Source: Dehalococcoidia bacterium
GTDB lineage: Bacteria; Chloroflexota; Dehalococcoidia; Lucifugimonadales; JAGWBF01
Reading direction: 5' to 3'
Assembly: GCA_965219565.1 (NCBI GenBank)
Contig: OZ244780.1
Location: 174,287-238,286 of the forward strand
Length of the DNA stretch: 64,000 nucleotides
Shown here: one piece after another, positions 1-8,028 of the stretch
Numbering within the stretch: the stretch's first letter is position 1
How the letters are laid out: the number at the start of each line of letters is the position of its first letter
Program-made: the position numbers and the translations under genes
Notes under the pieces: model-generated
Told to the model about the DNA's origin: nothing
The model's database searches: none
What the model saw: the letters and a program-made list of their open reading frames with translations, nothing else

Positions 1-147
1 ACAGACTCATACCTATCAAAAACATCATTTGAAAGCCGCCAGAAGCTGCGTTATTATTAGTCAAGACCCTCTGCGCCCAGGATATCCCTGCGACGTATGG
101 GATGGGAAGGCGCAGCTTAATTGCCGGAGCCGGAAAGAGAGTGGGCC

Positions 148-1005
148 ATGACCCAGCAGCCCGTTACACTGACGCCTGACCAGATACAACGATACAGCAG
201 GCACATTATTATGGCACCGGTGGGAAGCGCTGGACAGCGAAAGCTGCTGGCGTCCAAGGTGTTGATCGTAGGCGCCGGAGGCCTCGGCTCTCCCGTGGCA
301 GTCTATCTTTCCCTGGCGGGCGTGGGGACGTTGGGCATCGTGGACTTCGACACGGTGGACGTGTCGAACCTCCAACGCCAGATACTCCACCAGAACAACG
401 ACGTGGGACGCCCCAAGACCCTCTCTGCGAAAGAGACCATCAACGCCTACAACCCGGACACCAACGTAGCCATTCACGACGCTTGGCTTACCTCCGAGAA
501 CGCCATGGAAATCATCTCCCAGTACGACATGGTCGTTAGCGGCGCCGACAACTTCCCGGCCCGGTATCTTATCAACGACGCCTGCTACCTCGCCGAAAAA
601 CCCTTAATCGACGGGAGCATCCTTATATTCGACGGCCAGGCTACCGTGTACCAACCCGGCGCTGGCTGTTACCGTTGCTTGTTCCCCTCTCCTCCGCCCC
701 CGGGCATGGTGCCCAACTGTGCTGAGGCCGGCGTTCTCGGCGCTCTGACCGGTCTGGTTGGGAGCATTCAGGCGGTGGAAACCCTCAAGCTGATAATGGG
801 AATCGGTGAGAGCCTCACTTCCAGGCTGCTGCTGATCGACGCCCTGAGCATGGACTTCAGGGAAGTTAAAATCAAACGGAACGCCAACTGCCCGTTGTGC
901 GGCGACAATCCTACAGTGACGGAGCTCATCGACTACGAGGTGTTCTGCGGCGTGGCCCCCCACCCCGAAGTAAACGGGACGGGCGGCGACGCTAGCCCAG
1001 ACTAG
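148..1005 (+). CDS. moeB: MoeB/ThiF/MoeZ-type E1-like adenylyltransferase (sulfur-carrier protein activating enzyme), no rhodanese domain
   Basis: ORF 121..1005; ATG at 148 follows GAAAGAGAG. Motifs: RYSRHI, Rossmann IVGAGGLGSP, NLQRQ, two CxxC pairs (CYRC, CPLC). Confidence 0.85.
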   Translation: MTQQPVTLTPDQIQRYSRHIIMAPVGSAGQRKLLASKVLIVGAGGLGSPVAVYLSLAGVGTLGIVDFDTVDVSNLQRQILHQNNDVGRPKTLSAKETINAYNPDTNVAIHDAWLTSENAMEIISQYDMVVSGADNFPARYLINDACYLAEKPLIDGSILIFDGQATVYQPGAGCYRCLFPSPPPPGMVPNCAEAGVLGALTGLVGSIQAVETLKLIMGIGESLTSRLLLIDALSMDFREVKIKRNANCPLCGDNPTVTELIDYEVFCGVAPHPEVNGTGGDASPD

Positions 1006-1011
1006 CTGCCA

Positions 1012-1971
1012 ATGGCTGCAACGCATAAAGTCGTCAACGCAAGTACGGTCCTCGACCTCATCGGCAACACACCCCTGGTGGAGCTCAACAACATGGAGCT
1101 CAAACCCGGAGTGAGGGTCTTTGCCAAACTGGAGGGACAGAACCCCACCGGCAGCCTGAAGGACCGGATCGCCAAATACATGATCGACAGGGCCGAGCGA
1201 GAGGGCCTCCTCACTCCTGAGAAGAGGATACTTGAGCCCACCAGCGGCAACACCGGGATCTCCCTGGCCTTCGTGGCCAGCCTCAAGGGATACAAGGTCA
1301 CCGTAGTCATGCCAGAGAACGTGAGCCATGAACGCTCCGAACTGCTCTGGGCCTTCGGCGCCGATATCATATACTCCGACGGAACGCGAGGCACCAACGG
1401 CTCCATAGAGGTGGCCAAGGAGATAATCGAGAAGCAGGGCGACGAGTACGTCATGCTGTACCAATACGGCAACGAGGCCAATCCGGGCGCCCACTACGAG
1501 ACCACGGGTGCGGAGATAGCCCGCGACCTCCCGGACGTGGACATGTTCGTGGCAGGTCTTGGCACAGGGGGCACCCTGATGGGGACTGGCCGCCGCCTGC
1601 GGGAGCATAACCCCGACGTCAAGATTGTCGCAGTGGCGCCGGAGCCGGGGGACTACATTCAGGCCCTGAGGGACCTGGACGAGGGTTTCATACCGCCGAT
1701 ACTCGACATATCCATGCTGGACTCCAGGATCATGGTGTCCAGCGCCGACTCGTTCCGCATGGCCAAGGAACTCCTGAGCCGCGAGGGGATATTCGCAGGA
1801 ATATCCTCAGGAGCCGTGGTATTCGGTGCAATGAAGGCCGCTCAAAGGTTGGAGCAGGGGAACATAGTGTGCCTGCTGGCCGACGGCGGCTGGAAGTACC
1901 TTAGCTCCCAGCTATGGACTACGGACTACGGCGACATGGACGAGGACACCACCGGCAAAATCTGGTGGTGA
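1012..1971 (+). CDS. cysM: Cysteine synthase, CysM type (PLP-dependent; likely uses a thiocarboxylated carrier protein)
   Basis: 319-aa ORF. Motifs: PLP-lysine NPTGSLKDR, TSGNTGISLA, GLGTGGTLMG, LYQYGNEANP, ADGGWKYLS. Reads like mycobacterial CysM rather than CysK, and sits directly after the moeB-like gene. Confidence 0.85.
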   Translation: MAATHKVVNASTVLDLIGNTPLVELNNMELKPGVRVFAKLEGQNPTGSLKDRIAKYMIDRAEREGLLTPEKRILEPTSGNTGISLAFVASLKGYKVTVVMPENVSHERSELLWAFGADIIYSDGTRGTNGSIEVAKEIIEKQGDEYVMLYQYGNEANPGAHYETTGAEIARDLPDVDMFVAGLGTGGTLMGTGRRLREHNPDVKIVAVAPEPGDYIQALRDLDEGFIPPILDISMLDSRIMVSSADSFRMAKELLSREGIFAGISSGAVVFGAMKAAQRLEQGNIVCLLADGGWKYLSSQLWTTDYGDMDEDTTGKIWW

Positions 1972-2014
1972 ACCCCCCAATCCGGCAGCCCAACAAATAG
2001 ACCCTACGCCCCCG

Positions 2015-3667
2015 CTAGCGGCTGAAGATGGGGATGGGCAGCTTCCTTATAAAAAACGAAACCACGAACAATGCCAGGCCCACTCCCATCGCCGTTGCAG
2101 CTATCGGAATAGTTCCCGATACCATGTCTGAAGACATGGACGAGAACACGTCCGAGACGATGTCAACGATGCTTGTGGGTATATCCGGTTCATCGATGAT
2201 GATGTTGTTCAACAAACTCTCAATCGCCCTCTTCACCACTATGGCGATTATCAGCGCTATGGCGCCGCTGATGAACAGGACGATGCCTGGGATACGGAAC
2301 AGAGACGCCATGCGAGGATATTGCAAGGCGCCCAGCAGCAGGGTCCCCACCACGACAGCGACTATGGTCAGCGTCAATCCCAGGCGGGTGGTCGCATTAT
2401 AGTCCCTGGCCGGTTCCAGATCGTCCAGAAATTCCTCACGCGTCTTGTCATCGGCCTCGGCGGCGATCTCCACGAGGTCCAGGCGGCGGTCTTCGTCAAG
2501 TTCCTCGTCCACGAACTCTTGGATCGCTTCATCAATGACCGGGCCTGCAATGGTGGCCGCCGTCGTTTTCAGCGCCCCCTTTATGTCTCCCTCGCTAAGC
2601 GGGACCTTGATGGCGGCTTCCTGATCCCGTAGAGCGTTGACGGCTGAGCGCGGGAACGCAGGTTCGGCCTCCAACTCCTCGATAGCACGGTCGAAAATCA
2701 GGTCGGAGACGCTGTCGCTCAGGGACCTAGGGTCACGCAACTCTGGGATGGTCTCAGGAATTCGCCCCTCTTCCAACTCCTTCCACAGAAAGGCCAACTC
2801 CTCCGCCATCTCGACGGCGCCGTCGACCTCCTTGGTTGGAATCTCGTCGACGGTTTCCGAAAGCGCTCTGTTGATGACCGGGGTGGCGATTGTAGATGCC
2901 GCCGTTTTGAGCACACCCTTCGTGTCGACAGCGACAAGGGACTTCTTAATCGCGTCTTCCTGCTTTAGCAGGCCGTCGATGCCTGATTGGAGGAACGTAG
3001 GGTCGGACTCCAGTTCCTCGATTGCTCGATCAAAGATAAAGTCAGCGATGCTGTTGTTAAGGGATGACGGGTCCCGAAGCGCGGGGATAGTTTGAGGAGG
3101 CTCGCCCTCTTCAAGCCCTTTCCAGAGGGCGGCCAGCTCGTCCGCCATCTCTTCGACGTCCTCTACCTCCTGGGTCGGAATCTCGTCGATGCGCCGGTCA
3201 ATGTAGGCGAGGACCGTGGGCTTGATGTTGTCGATGGGCGTAGCCAGTTCAATGAATACCTGAGCCTCTTCCGAGTCCCGCTTCAGGTAGTCTAGTGCGC
3301 CCGTGAGAGCATTCTCGATCTGGCCCTGGAGATAAACGGGTGGAAGGATGCTTCGCGTGACCTCCACGACGTCTTCATGGGGGACTTCAACTCCGGCCAC
3401 CAGATATTCCGTCTGTTTCTCAAACTCCGGGTCTAAGAGGACCTCGTCGTAAATCCGGTCGTAGACCGAATTCTTAGAGATGTTCTCGGCGTAGAAATCG
3501 GCGGACAGGAAATTGCTGCGGAAGCCGCTGACAACCACAAAGCACAGGAACCCGACGATAACGACTACAGCAAGGACTAATCCCAGTATCGGGCGCAAGA
3601 CCGCCAACACGAAAATCAAGCCGCACCTCCCCTTTCCGTCGACGTCTCTCCGCCAGCTTTTCCGCAA
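2015..3667 (-). CDS. Membrane protein of unknown family with an internal 2 x 112-aa tandem duplication
   Basis: 550-aa ORF. N-terminal TM segment (LIFVLAVLRPILGLVLAVVVIVGFLCFVVV), acidic helical middle with repeats at aa 160-271 and 273-384, and 3-4 C-terminal TM helices. Confidence 0.6.
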   Translation of the reverse strand: MRKSWRRDVDGKGRCGLIFVLAVLRPILGLVLAVVVIVGFLCFVVVSGFRSNFLSADFYAENISKNSVYDRIYDEVLLDPEFEKQTEYLVAGVEVPHEDVVEVTRSILPPVYLQGQIENALTGALDYLKRDSEEAQVFIELATPIDNIKPTVLAYIDRRIDEIPTQEVEDVEEMADELAALWKGLEEGEPPQTIPALRDPSSLNNSIADFIFDRAIEELESDPTFLQSGIDGLLKQEDAIKKSLVAVDTKGVLKTAASTIATPVINRALSETVDEIPTKEVDGAVEMAEELAFLWKELEEGRIPETIPELRDPRSLSDSVSDLIFDRAIEELEAEPAFPRSAVNALRDQEAAIKVPLSEGDIKGALKTTAATIAGPVIDEAIQEFVDEELDEDRRLDLVEIAAEADDKTREEFLDDLEPARDYNATTRLGLTLTIVAVVVGTLLLGALQYPRMASLFRIPGIVLFISGAIALIIAIVVKRAIESLLNNIIIDEPDIPTSIVDIVSDVFSSMSSDMVSGTIPIAATAMGVGLALFVVSFFIRKLPIPIFSR

Positions 3668-3740
3668 CGAGGTGTGAATCTCCGGCGTACTATATCAGAC
3701 TTGGTCCGGCAGTTTACGCTTCAAGGGGCGGGTTGGAGGA

Positions 3741-4175
3741 TCAATAGACCAGGGACTGTACCCAGAAAGAGCAGCCCCACAGCTCGGCGCCGCCGATTTT
3801 ATGCTTGCGTCTCGGCTCGGCCTTGACGCACTCGGCCGCAGGCAATCCCTCCAGGATGACCCTACGCATCAGGCTTTTCACGGAAGAGGGACTGTTGGCT
3901 GACACATACTTTTCCAGCTCTGCGTAGGCTTCGGCATCGTCGGACAAGTCAACCAGGACCAGCACCTCCAGGTTATAAACCGACTGGGGGTCCGTTGCCC
4001 GGTATTCCGCCGCCGCCGAGTGGTTGGAGGCCTGGAGGTCCCGTATCACCGCCGCCGGAAACTCCTGGATGCAATCTGGCGGGTGATTGTACACTCGAAG
4101 GCCTTCCACCGTCCCCAATTGGGCCGCCATCTCGTCGACGATGGCTTTGAGTTCCCCCGATGTTGGAGCTACCAT
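3741..4175 (-). CDS. Phage-like neck / tail-completion-like protein (DUF3168-like pattern), hypothetical
   Basis: The ATG at 4175 overlaps the upstream stop (ATGGTAG); product is 144 aa. The pattern L..VEGLRVYNHPP....EFPAAVI resembles tail-completion/neck proteins. The 189-aa extension of ORF 3741..4310 overlaps the upstream gene and was rejected. Confidence 0.5.
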   Translation of the reverse strand: MVAPTSGELKAIVDEMAAQLGTVEGLRVYNHPPDCIQEFPAAVIRDLQASNHSAAAEYRATDPQSVYNLEVLVLVDLSDDAEAYAELEKYVSANSPSSVKSLMRRVILEGLPAAECVKAEPRRKHKIGGAELWGCSFWVQSLVY

Positions 4176-5017
4176 CCCTGACCCCCTACCGGGTTCTTGC
4201 GGTAGGCCGCCAGGAGCAGCGCCACGTCCGGATCCAAGGCTTTGGACACGCCGCCCAGCCCGGTCCGACGCTGTTCCGCTGCTTGGAAGCCTCCGTCCCG
4301 CCGCTTCCACAGGCGCGACGCCTGTATGAGGCAGGCCTCGGCGACCCCGTTGGGGTACACCAGCCTGGCGATAGGTGAGCCGTCAAAGTGAGCCGCTGCC
4401 GCCGTTCCGTTCACACCCCGGACGATAGTCAGTTCGCTGACTGATACTGCAGTGACGTACAATTGCTCATTGTCTATCAAGAGGGTCTGGCCTGCTGATA
4501 GATTCGCGGCGGTGGTGACCGTAATGGCGGTTGCGCCCGCCGACAGTTCCTCTCCTTGGTTCACAGCGGCGCCGGTGTCTTCCGTCACCTCCCTGTATCC
4601 CCACTTGCCGTTCACCTCCACCGTTCGGAGTCCCGTGGGGAAGAGAGTCTTGCTGCCCGCGTCCACATCCACCAGCGCCCTGGTATAGGGGCGGCCCCAG
4701 GGCTTGTCTGGTCGAGCGTTTGGCGGATAGAGCAGATAGTCAGTAACAGCCCATATTGCCTCGAAGGTTCGGTCTCGGTCATCGTCCGTCCTGAGCGAGG
4801 TTACGTTTATCAGGTCGGGGACTCCTAGCTCCTTCCCTCCGTCGCCGTCGAAGAACCGGGACTCCTCCACAACATAGAACCTCCGGTTGCAGTAGTGGTC
4901 GATGAGCCTGGACACTGCCTCCAGAAGGTCCAGCAGCCTGGAATCGTAGGCGGCGCCTGATATGTTCAGGACACCCGCCGATTTCAGAGTCGTCAGGTCA
5001 GCGTAAGCGTTGGTCAT
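4169..5017 (-). CDS. Phage head-tail connector (gp6 / SPP1 gp15-like N-terminus) with unassigned C-terminal half
   Basis: 282-aa ORF. The N-terminus YADLTTLKS...YDSRLLDLLEAVSRLIDHYCNRRFY matches the connector family pattern. Position is downstream of the capsid gene. Confidence 0.6.
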   Translation of the reverse strand: MTNAYADLTTLKSAGVLNISGAAYDSRLLDLLEAVSRLIDHYCNRRFYVVEESRFFDGDGGKELGVPDLINVTSLRTDDDRDRTFEAIWAVTDYLLYPPNARPDKPWGRPYTRALVDVDAGSKTLFPTGLRTVEVNGKWGYREVTEDTGAAVNQGEELSAGATAITVTTAANLSAGQTLLIDNEQLYVTAVSVSELTIVRGVNGTAAAAHFDGSPIARLVYPNGVAEACLIQASRLWKRRDGGFQAAEQRRTGLGGVSKALDPDVALLLAAYRKNPVGGQGW

Positions 5018-5030
5018 AGCAGCCTCCGCG

Positions 5031-5060
5031 CGGCTCCTTCCCGTTTCAGGGAAGGAGCCG
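5031..5060 (-). other. 12-bp GC-rich intercistronic stem-loop without a T-tract
   Basis: CGGCTCCTTCCC-GTTTCA-GGGAAGGAGCCG, between the 150-aa gene and the connector gene. Confidence 0.4.
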
Positions 5061-5104
5061 GTAAATCGGTCTCAAGGTCCTGGAGATGGCGGCGGCGGCC
5101 CGCG

Positions 5105-5557
5105 CTACACTTCTACGTAGAAGATATAGGCGTGGCCGGCAAGTCCGGCGGCTGAGCCTGTGGCCTTGCTGCCGGTGAGGTAGTCGGTCCTCCCCCCTTT
5201 GGCGTCCAGCCGTTGCATGGACTTGCCGTTAACGCCCTTGTGGTCGATGTTGCCTTCCACGCCTTTAGCGGCGTTCACGTCCAGCCCGTCGATCAGATTG
5301 TCCGATGACCGGTTCCCTCGGGAAGCGGAGCCGAAATCTACGGTGCACGCGGCGCTGGAACTGGCAGTTCGGTCTATGACCAACCGGACCACGATGATTG
5401 GACCGGCCTCCGGGTTTCGCCAGGCCAACACCCCTCCTCTGGCATCGGAGCTTCCCAGGGAAGCCTTGGCGCACTTCAGGGCCGCAGGAGCGACGTCCGA
5501 GGTGAGCATGTCCTTCACCTGCTCGGCGAGGGGGCTGTCTTTCGACGGGTTGGCCAC
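5105..5557 (-). CDS. Hypothetical phage structural protein (position of a decoration/accessory head protein)
   Basis: 150-aa ORF lying 42 nt downstream of the capsid gene on the same strand, with host-like codon bias. No family recognised. Confidence 0.45.
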   Translation of the reverse strand: MANPSKDSPLAEQVKDMLTSDVAPAALKCAKASLGSSDARGGVLAWRNPEAGPIIVVRLVIDRTASSSAACTVDFGSASRGNRSSDNLIDGLDVNAAKGVEGNIDHKGVNGKSMQRLDAKGGRTDYLTGSKATGSAAGLAGHAYIFYVEV

Positions 5558-5599
5558 GCGTTTCTCCTTGGGTAGCAGAGTCCCGGTGGGCGCGGCGGT

Positions 5600-6934
5600 C
5601 TACGCCACGCCCGTGATGTTGTACTGCAAAGCTGTGTGGGTTGCGGTGGACCTGCTTCCCGTTCTCTCGGCGAAGGCAATTCGCAGGCTCACCACCATGA
5701 TGTTCTGTCGCTTCTGGATGTCTCGATCAGTTTCGATGGCAAGCTCCCGGCGGAAACCGACCCTCCATTGGGACCGGTTCACGATGAGCAGCCGTCCGGT
5801 GTTTGTCACGTTTCCTGCGTCGGTCACCTGTCCGTCGGTGTCCGCCAGCTTCATCTGCTCCGACACGATGACAGGGATCCCTTCAACGGCACCAAGCTGC
5901 CCCCTTAGCACGGTGGCGTTGGGCCCCAGCTTGTCCAGGGTGCGGAAGGTGTCCACGCTCAAGGCCCGGATGTACGTGTTCACGTCCATGAGGTAGGCCA
6001 GTTCGGACGGCCGCACGCCGTACTTGCCGAGCTTGCCCCGCACTTCGTTGAACATGCCGTCGGACACGGCGGCGCTATGGTCGTTGGCCTGGGCGGTGTT
6101 GTCCACCAGCGGCAGATGAAGCAGCCCGTCGAATCCCAGCAGCCAGTGTCCCTTGCCCACGTCAGACTTTGATATGGTGGCTTCGTCAGCGTTGATGTTG
6201 TTCACCGTCGTCGCATCGCCGTTGAGGACCACGTCGTCGATTACCTCCGCGGCGTTGCGCACCAGCCCGCTGCGGACCTCCTGGGCCATGGCAATCACCG
6301 CGTCCTCGTCCAACGTCAGGGACCAGGGCACCTGGCCCACCAGCTCGTAGGAAGTCAGCGTCTGCTTGGCGGTGTTCAACGCCGTCGCGGTCACGGCCAG
6401 GTTCTCGGTGCCGGGATACCAGTTCACGTCGCCCAGCTGAAGCGGTATCTCGAAGGGGTCCGAGGGCATATCCACCCTGGAGAACAGCGGAGCCACCATG
6501 GTCTCCAGGTTCACGTCCATCCAGAGGGTCGAGGCTTCCTGGGTGGGGACCAGTTCGTCGCCGGAGCCGGCTGTGGTGGAGTCCATGGCCGCTTTCAGGT
6601 TCGACTGCCACTCCTCCAGCATCCGAGGGTTCAGGCCCAGGGGTTGGCGTATCTGGGCGTTGAGCAGACTCCGCATGTAGGCCAGGTCCAGCAAGTCCAG
6701 GCCCTGGTACTTCCCGTAGGGCACCCTGGGCCGGTCCTGCCCGCCGTACTTGCCCAGGAGCGCTTGCTTCTCTCCGTTCTTCCACATCTCCCGGATGCGG
6801 GCAATCTGGGCCGAAACTCGGCTCACCTCTTCCTTGAGCGGAGGAAGCTCACTGTCGATGCGGGCGTTGTAGAACTCCCGCACACCGGCCACTTCCTTCT
6901 TGATTAGGTCCAAGTCTTGAGCGCTGATGGTCAT
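5600..6934 (-). CDS. Major capsid protein, HK97 fold, with N-terminal coiled-coil (delta/scaffold-like) region
   Basis: 444-aa ORF. Coiled-coil N-terminus (KEEVSRVSAQIARIREMWKNGEK), then a typical HK97 core (DELVPTQEASTLWMDVNLETMVAPLFSRVDMPSDPFEIP). Sits directly after the prohead protease. Confidence 0.85.
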   Translation of the reverse strand: MTISAQDLDLIKKEVAGVREFYNARIDSELPPLKEEVSRVSAQIARIREMWKNGEKQALLGKYGGQDRPRVPYGKYQGLDLLDLAYMRSLLNAQIRQPLGLNPRMLEEWQSNLKAAMDSTTAGSGDELVPTQEASTLWMDVNLETMVAPLFSRVDMPSDPFEIPLQLGDVNWYPGTENLAVTATALNTAKQTLTSYELVGQVPWSLTLDEDAVIAMAQEVRSGLVRNAAEVIDDVVLNGDATTVNNINADEATISKSDVGKGHWLLGFDGLLHLPLVDNTAQANDHSAAVSDGMFNEVRGKLGKYGVRPSELAYLMDVNTYIRALSVDTFRTLDKLGPNATVLRGQLGAVEGIPVIVSEQMKLADTDGQVTDAGNVTNTGRLLIVNRSQWRVGFRRELAIETDRDIQKRQNIMVVSLRIAFAERTGSRSTATHTALQYNITGVA

Positions 6935-7003
6935 CTCTCCTCCTTGAGTTTGTGAGTTTTGTCCTTCCGTTTCCCAATGTCTCTCGTTGCTCTTCCGGGA
7001 CGC

Positions 7004-7708
7004 CTAAGCAGCGGGGTGGGCGACAAACCGTAGGCTCTCCACTACTTGCCGCAAGGCGTCGTCCCAGGGGACCCGTTCCATCTCCTCCAGTCCCAGGCTG
7101 GCGTAATAGGCCTCCATCCTTGGCGAGCGGCTCAAGGCCTTCCTCAGGGCGCCCTGGTTGGCCGGAACGGGAGCCGCGCTTATCTCCAGCAGTTCCTGTT
7201 CCAAGAACCGCACACCCAACGCCTTGCCCGTGTCCGCGTCCCTCCGCAGCTCGTACCTGATGGGCCTGAAACCCACCGACACTCCCCGCTGGTAGCCGTC
7301 CCGGTAGAGGTCGGCCACCTCCCGAGCAAAGTCTGTTGGCGCGAACTGCACCCGCGCTACGAGGTTGTTCCCCTCGGCCCACAGCTCCCTCGTGCGGCCT
7401 ATGGCAGGCCTGGTGTAGTCGTGGGCCCACAGGAACACCGGGTTCTTGAGATAGGACTGGAGACGCCATCCCTGCAGCGAAATCACGTCGCCGTGGCGGT
7501 CTACGTCGTCGTTGGAAACGACGAACGCCATTTGCTGCTCTCCGGCTTCCGTTGCTGACGCTTGCGGGAAGGCCGGAGCTGAGACGGATTCACCGGCGGC
7601 CGCGACCGAGGTCCACTTCCGCAAATAGGGCGCGTCGCTGAGTCCCTGCCGGTATGAGTCCAGCGACTCCAACAGCCGCTCCCGTTCCCATTGCTCTATG
7701 TCGTTCAT
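7004..7708 (-). CDS. Prohead maturation protease, HK97 (S78/U35) family
   Basis: 234-aa ORF. FVVSNDDVDRHGDVISLQGWRLQSYLKNPVFLWAHD is typical of the family. GGAAGGGAGG lies upstream of the ATG. Confidence 0.85.
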   Translation of the reverse strand: MNDIEQWERERLLESLDSYRQGLSDAPYLRKWTSVAAAGESVSAPAFPQASATEAGEQQMAFVVSNDDVDRHGDVISLQGWRLQSYLKNPVFLWAHDYTRPAIGRTRELWAEGNNLVARVQFAPTDFAREVADLYRDGYQRGVSVGFRPIRYELRRDADTGKALGVRFLEQELLEISAAPVPANQGALRKALSRSPRMEAYYASLGLEEMERVPWDDALRQVVESLRFVAHPAA

Positions 7709-7757
7709 GCAGGGCGCCTCCCTTCCGATTTAGTTTTCGCTCTTCTGGGGCCAGGGC

Positions 7758-7794
7758 AAAAAAAGAGGGACAGACCCGATTCAGGGTCTGTCCC
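7758..7794 (-). terminator. Intrinsic-terminator-like hairpin in the leader of the protease-capsid module
   Basis: Minus strand reads GGGACAGACCC-TGAATC-GGGTCTGTCCC then TC TTTTTTT G, about 50 nt upstream of the protease ATG. It is a paralogue of the hairpin at 13041..13078. Confidence 0.6.
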
Positions 7795-8028
7795 ATCGGC
7801 GCTGAAGCGGCCGGGCTGGCAATCCGGCCTTTTGTGACGCTCCAAATTCAGGCTACCGCCCGCCGCCCCAAGCGGTCAACGGGCCGATGTCACCTCCGCT
7901 CATGTTCCTGTCCCATCTGGTTTCAGAAAGCCGTCGGGTAGGGTAGAATGCATGCGTTCCGTTATCCGTAGGTTGCCCCTTCTCCCTTCCCTGCCCGTAA
8001 TCCCCCATGAAAGGATTCAACGGCGACA

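Noticed and set aside
604-1608. Long antisense or alternate-frame ORFs overlapping confidently assigned genes. Examples: 604..1608, 6186..6785, 6849..7469, 11766..12490, 18042..18692, 26627..27304, 32713..33591, 36576..37278, 45065..45937, 45606..46394, 50692..51381, 59586..60071, 60672..61622.
   Set aside because: These are typical shadow ORFs of high-GC DNA. Their products are Arg/Pro/Gly/Ala-rich with low complexity and no recognisable motifs. Each overlaps a gene with strong family signatures on the other strand or in another frame.
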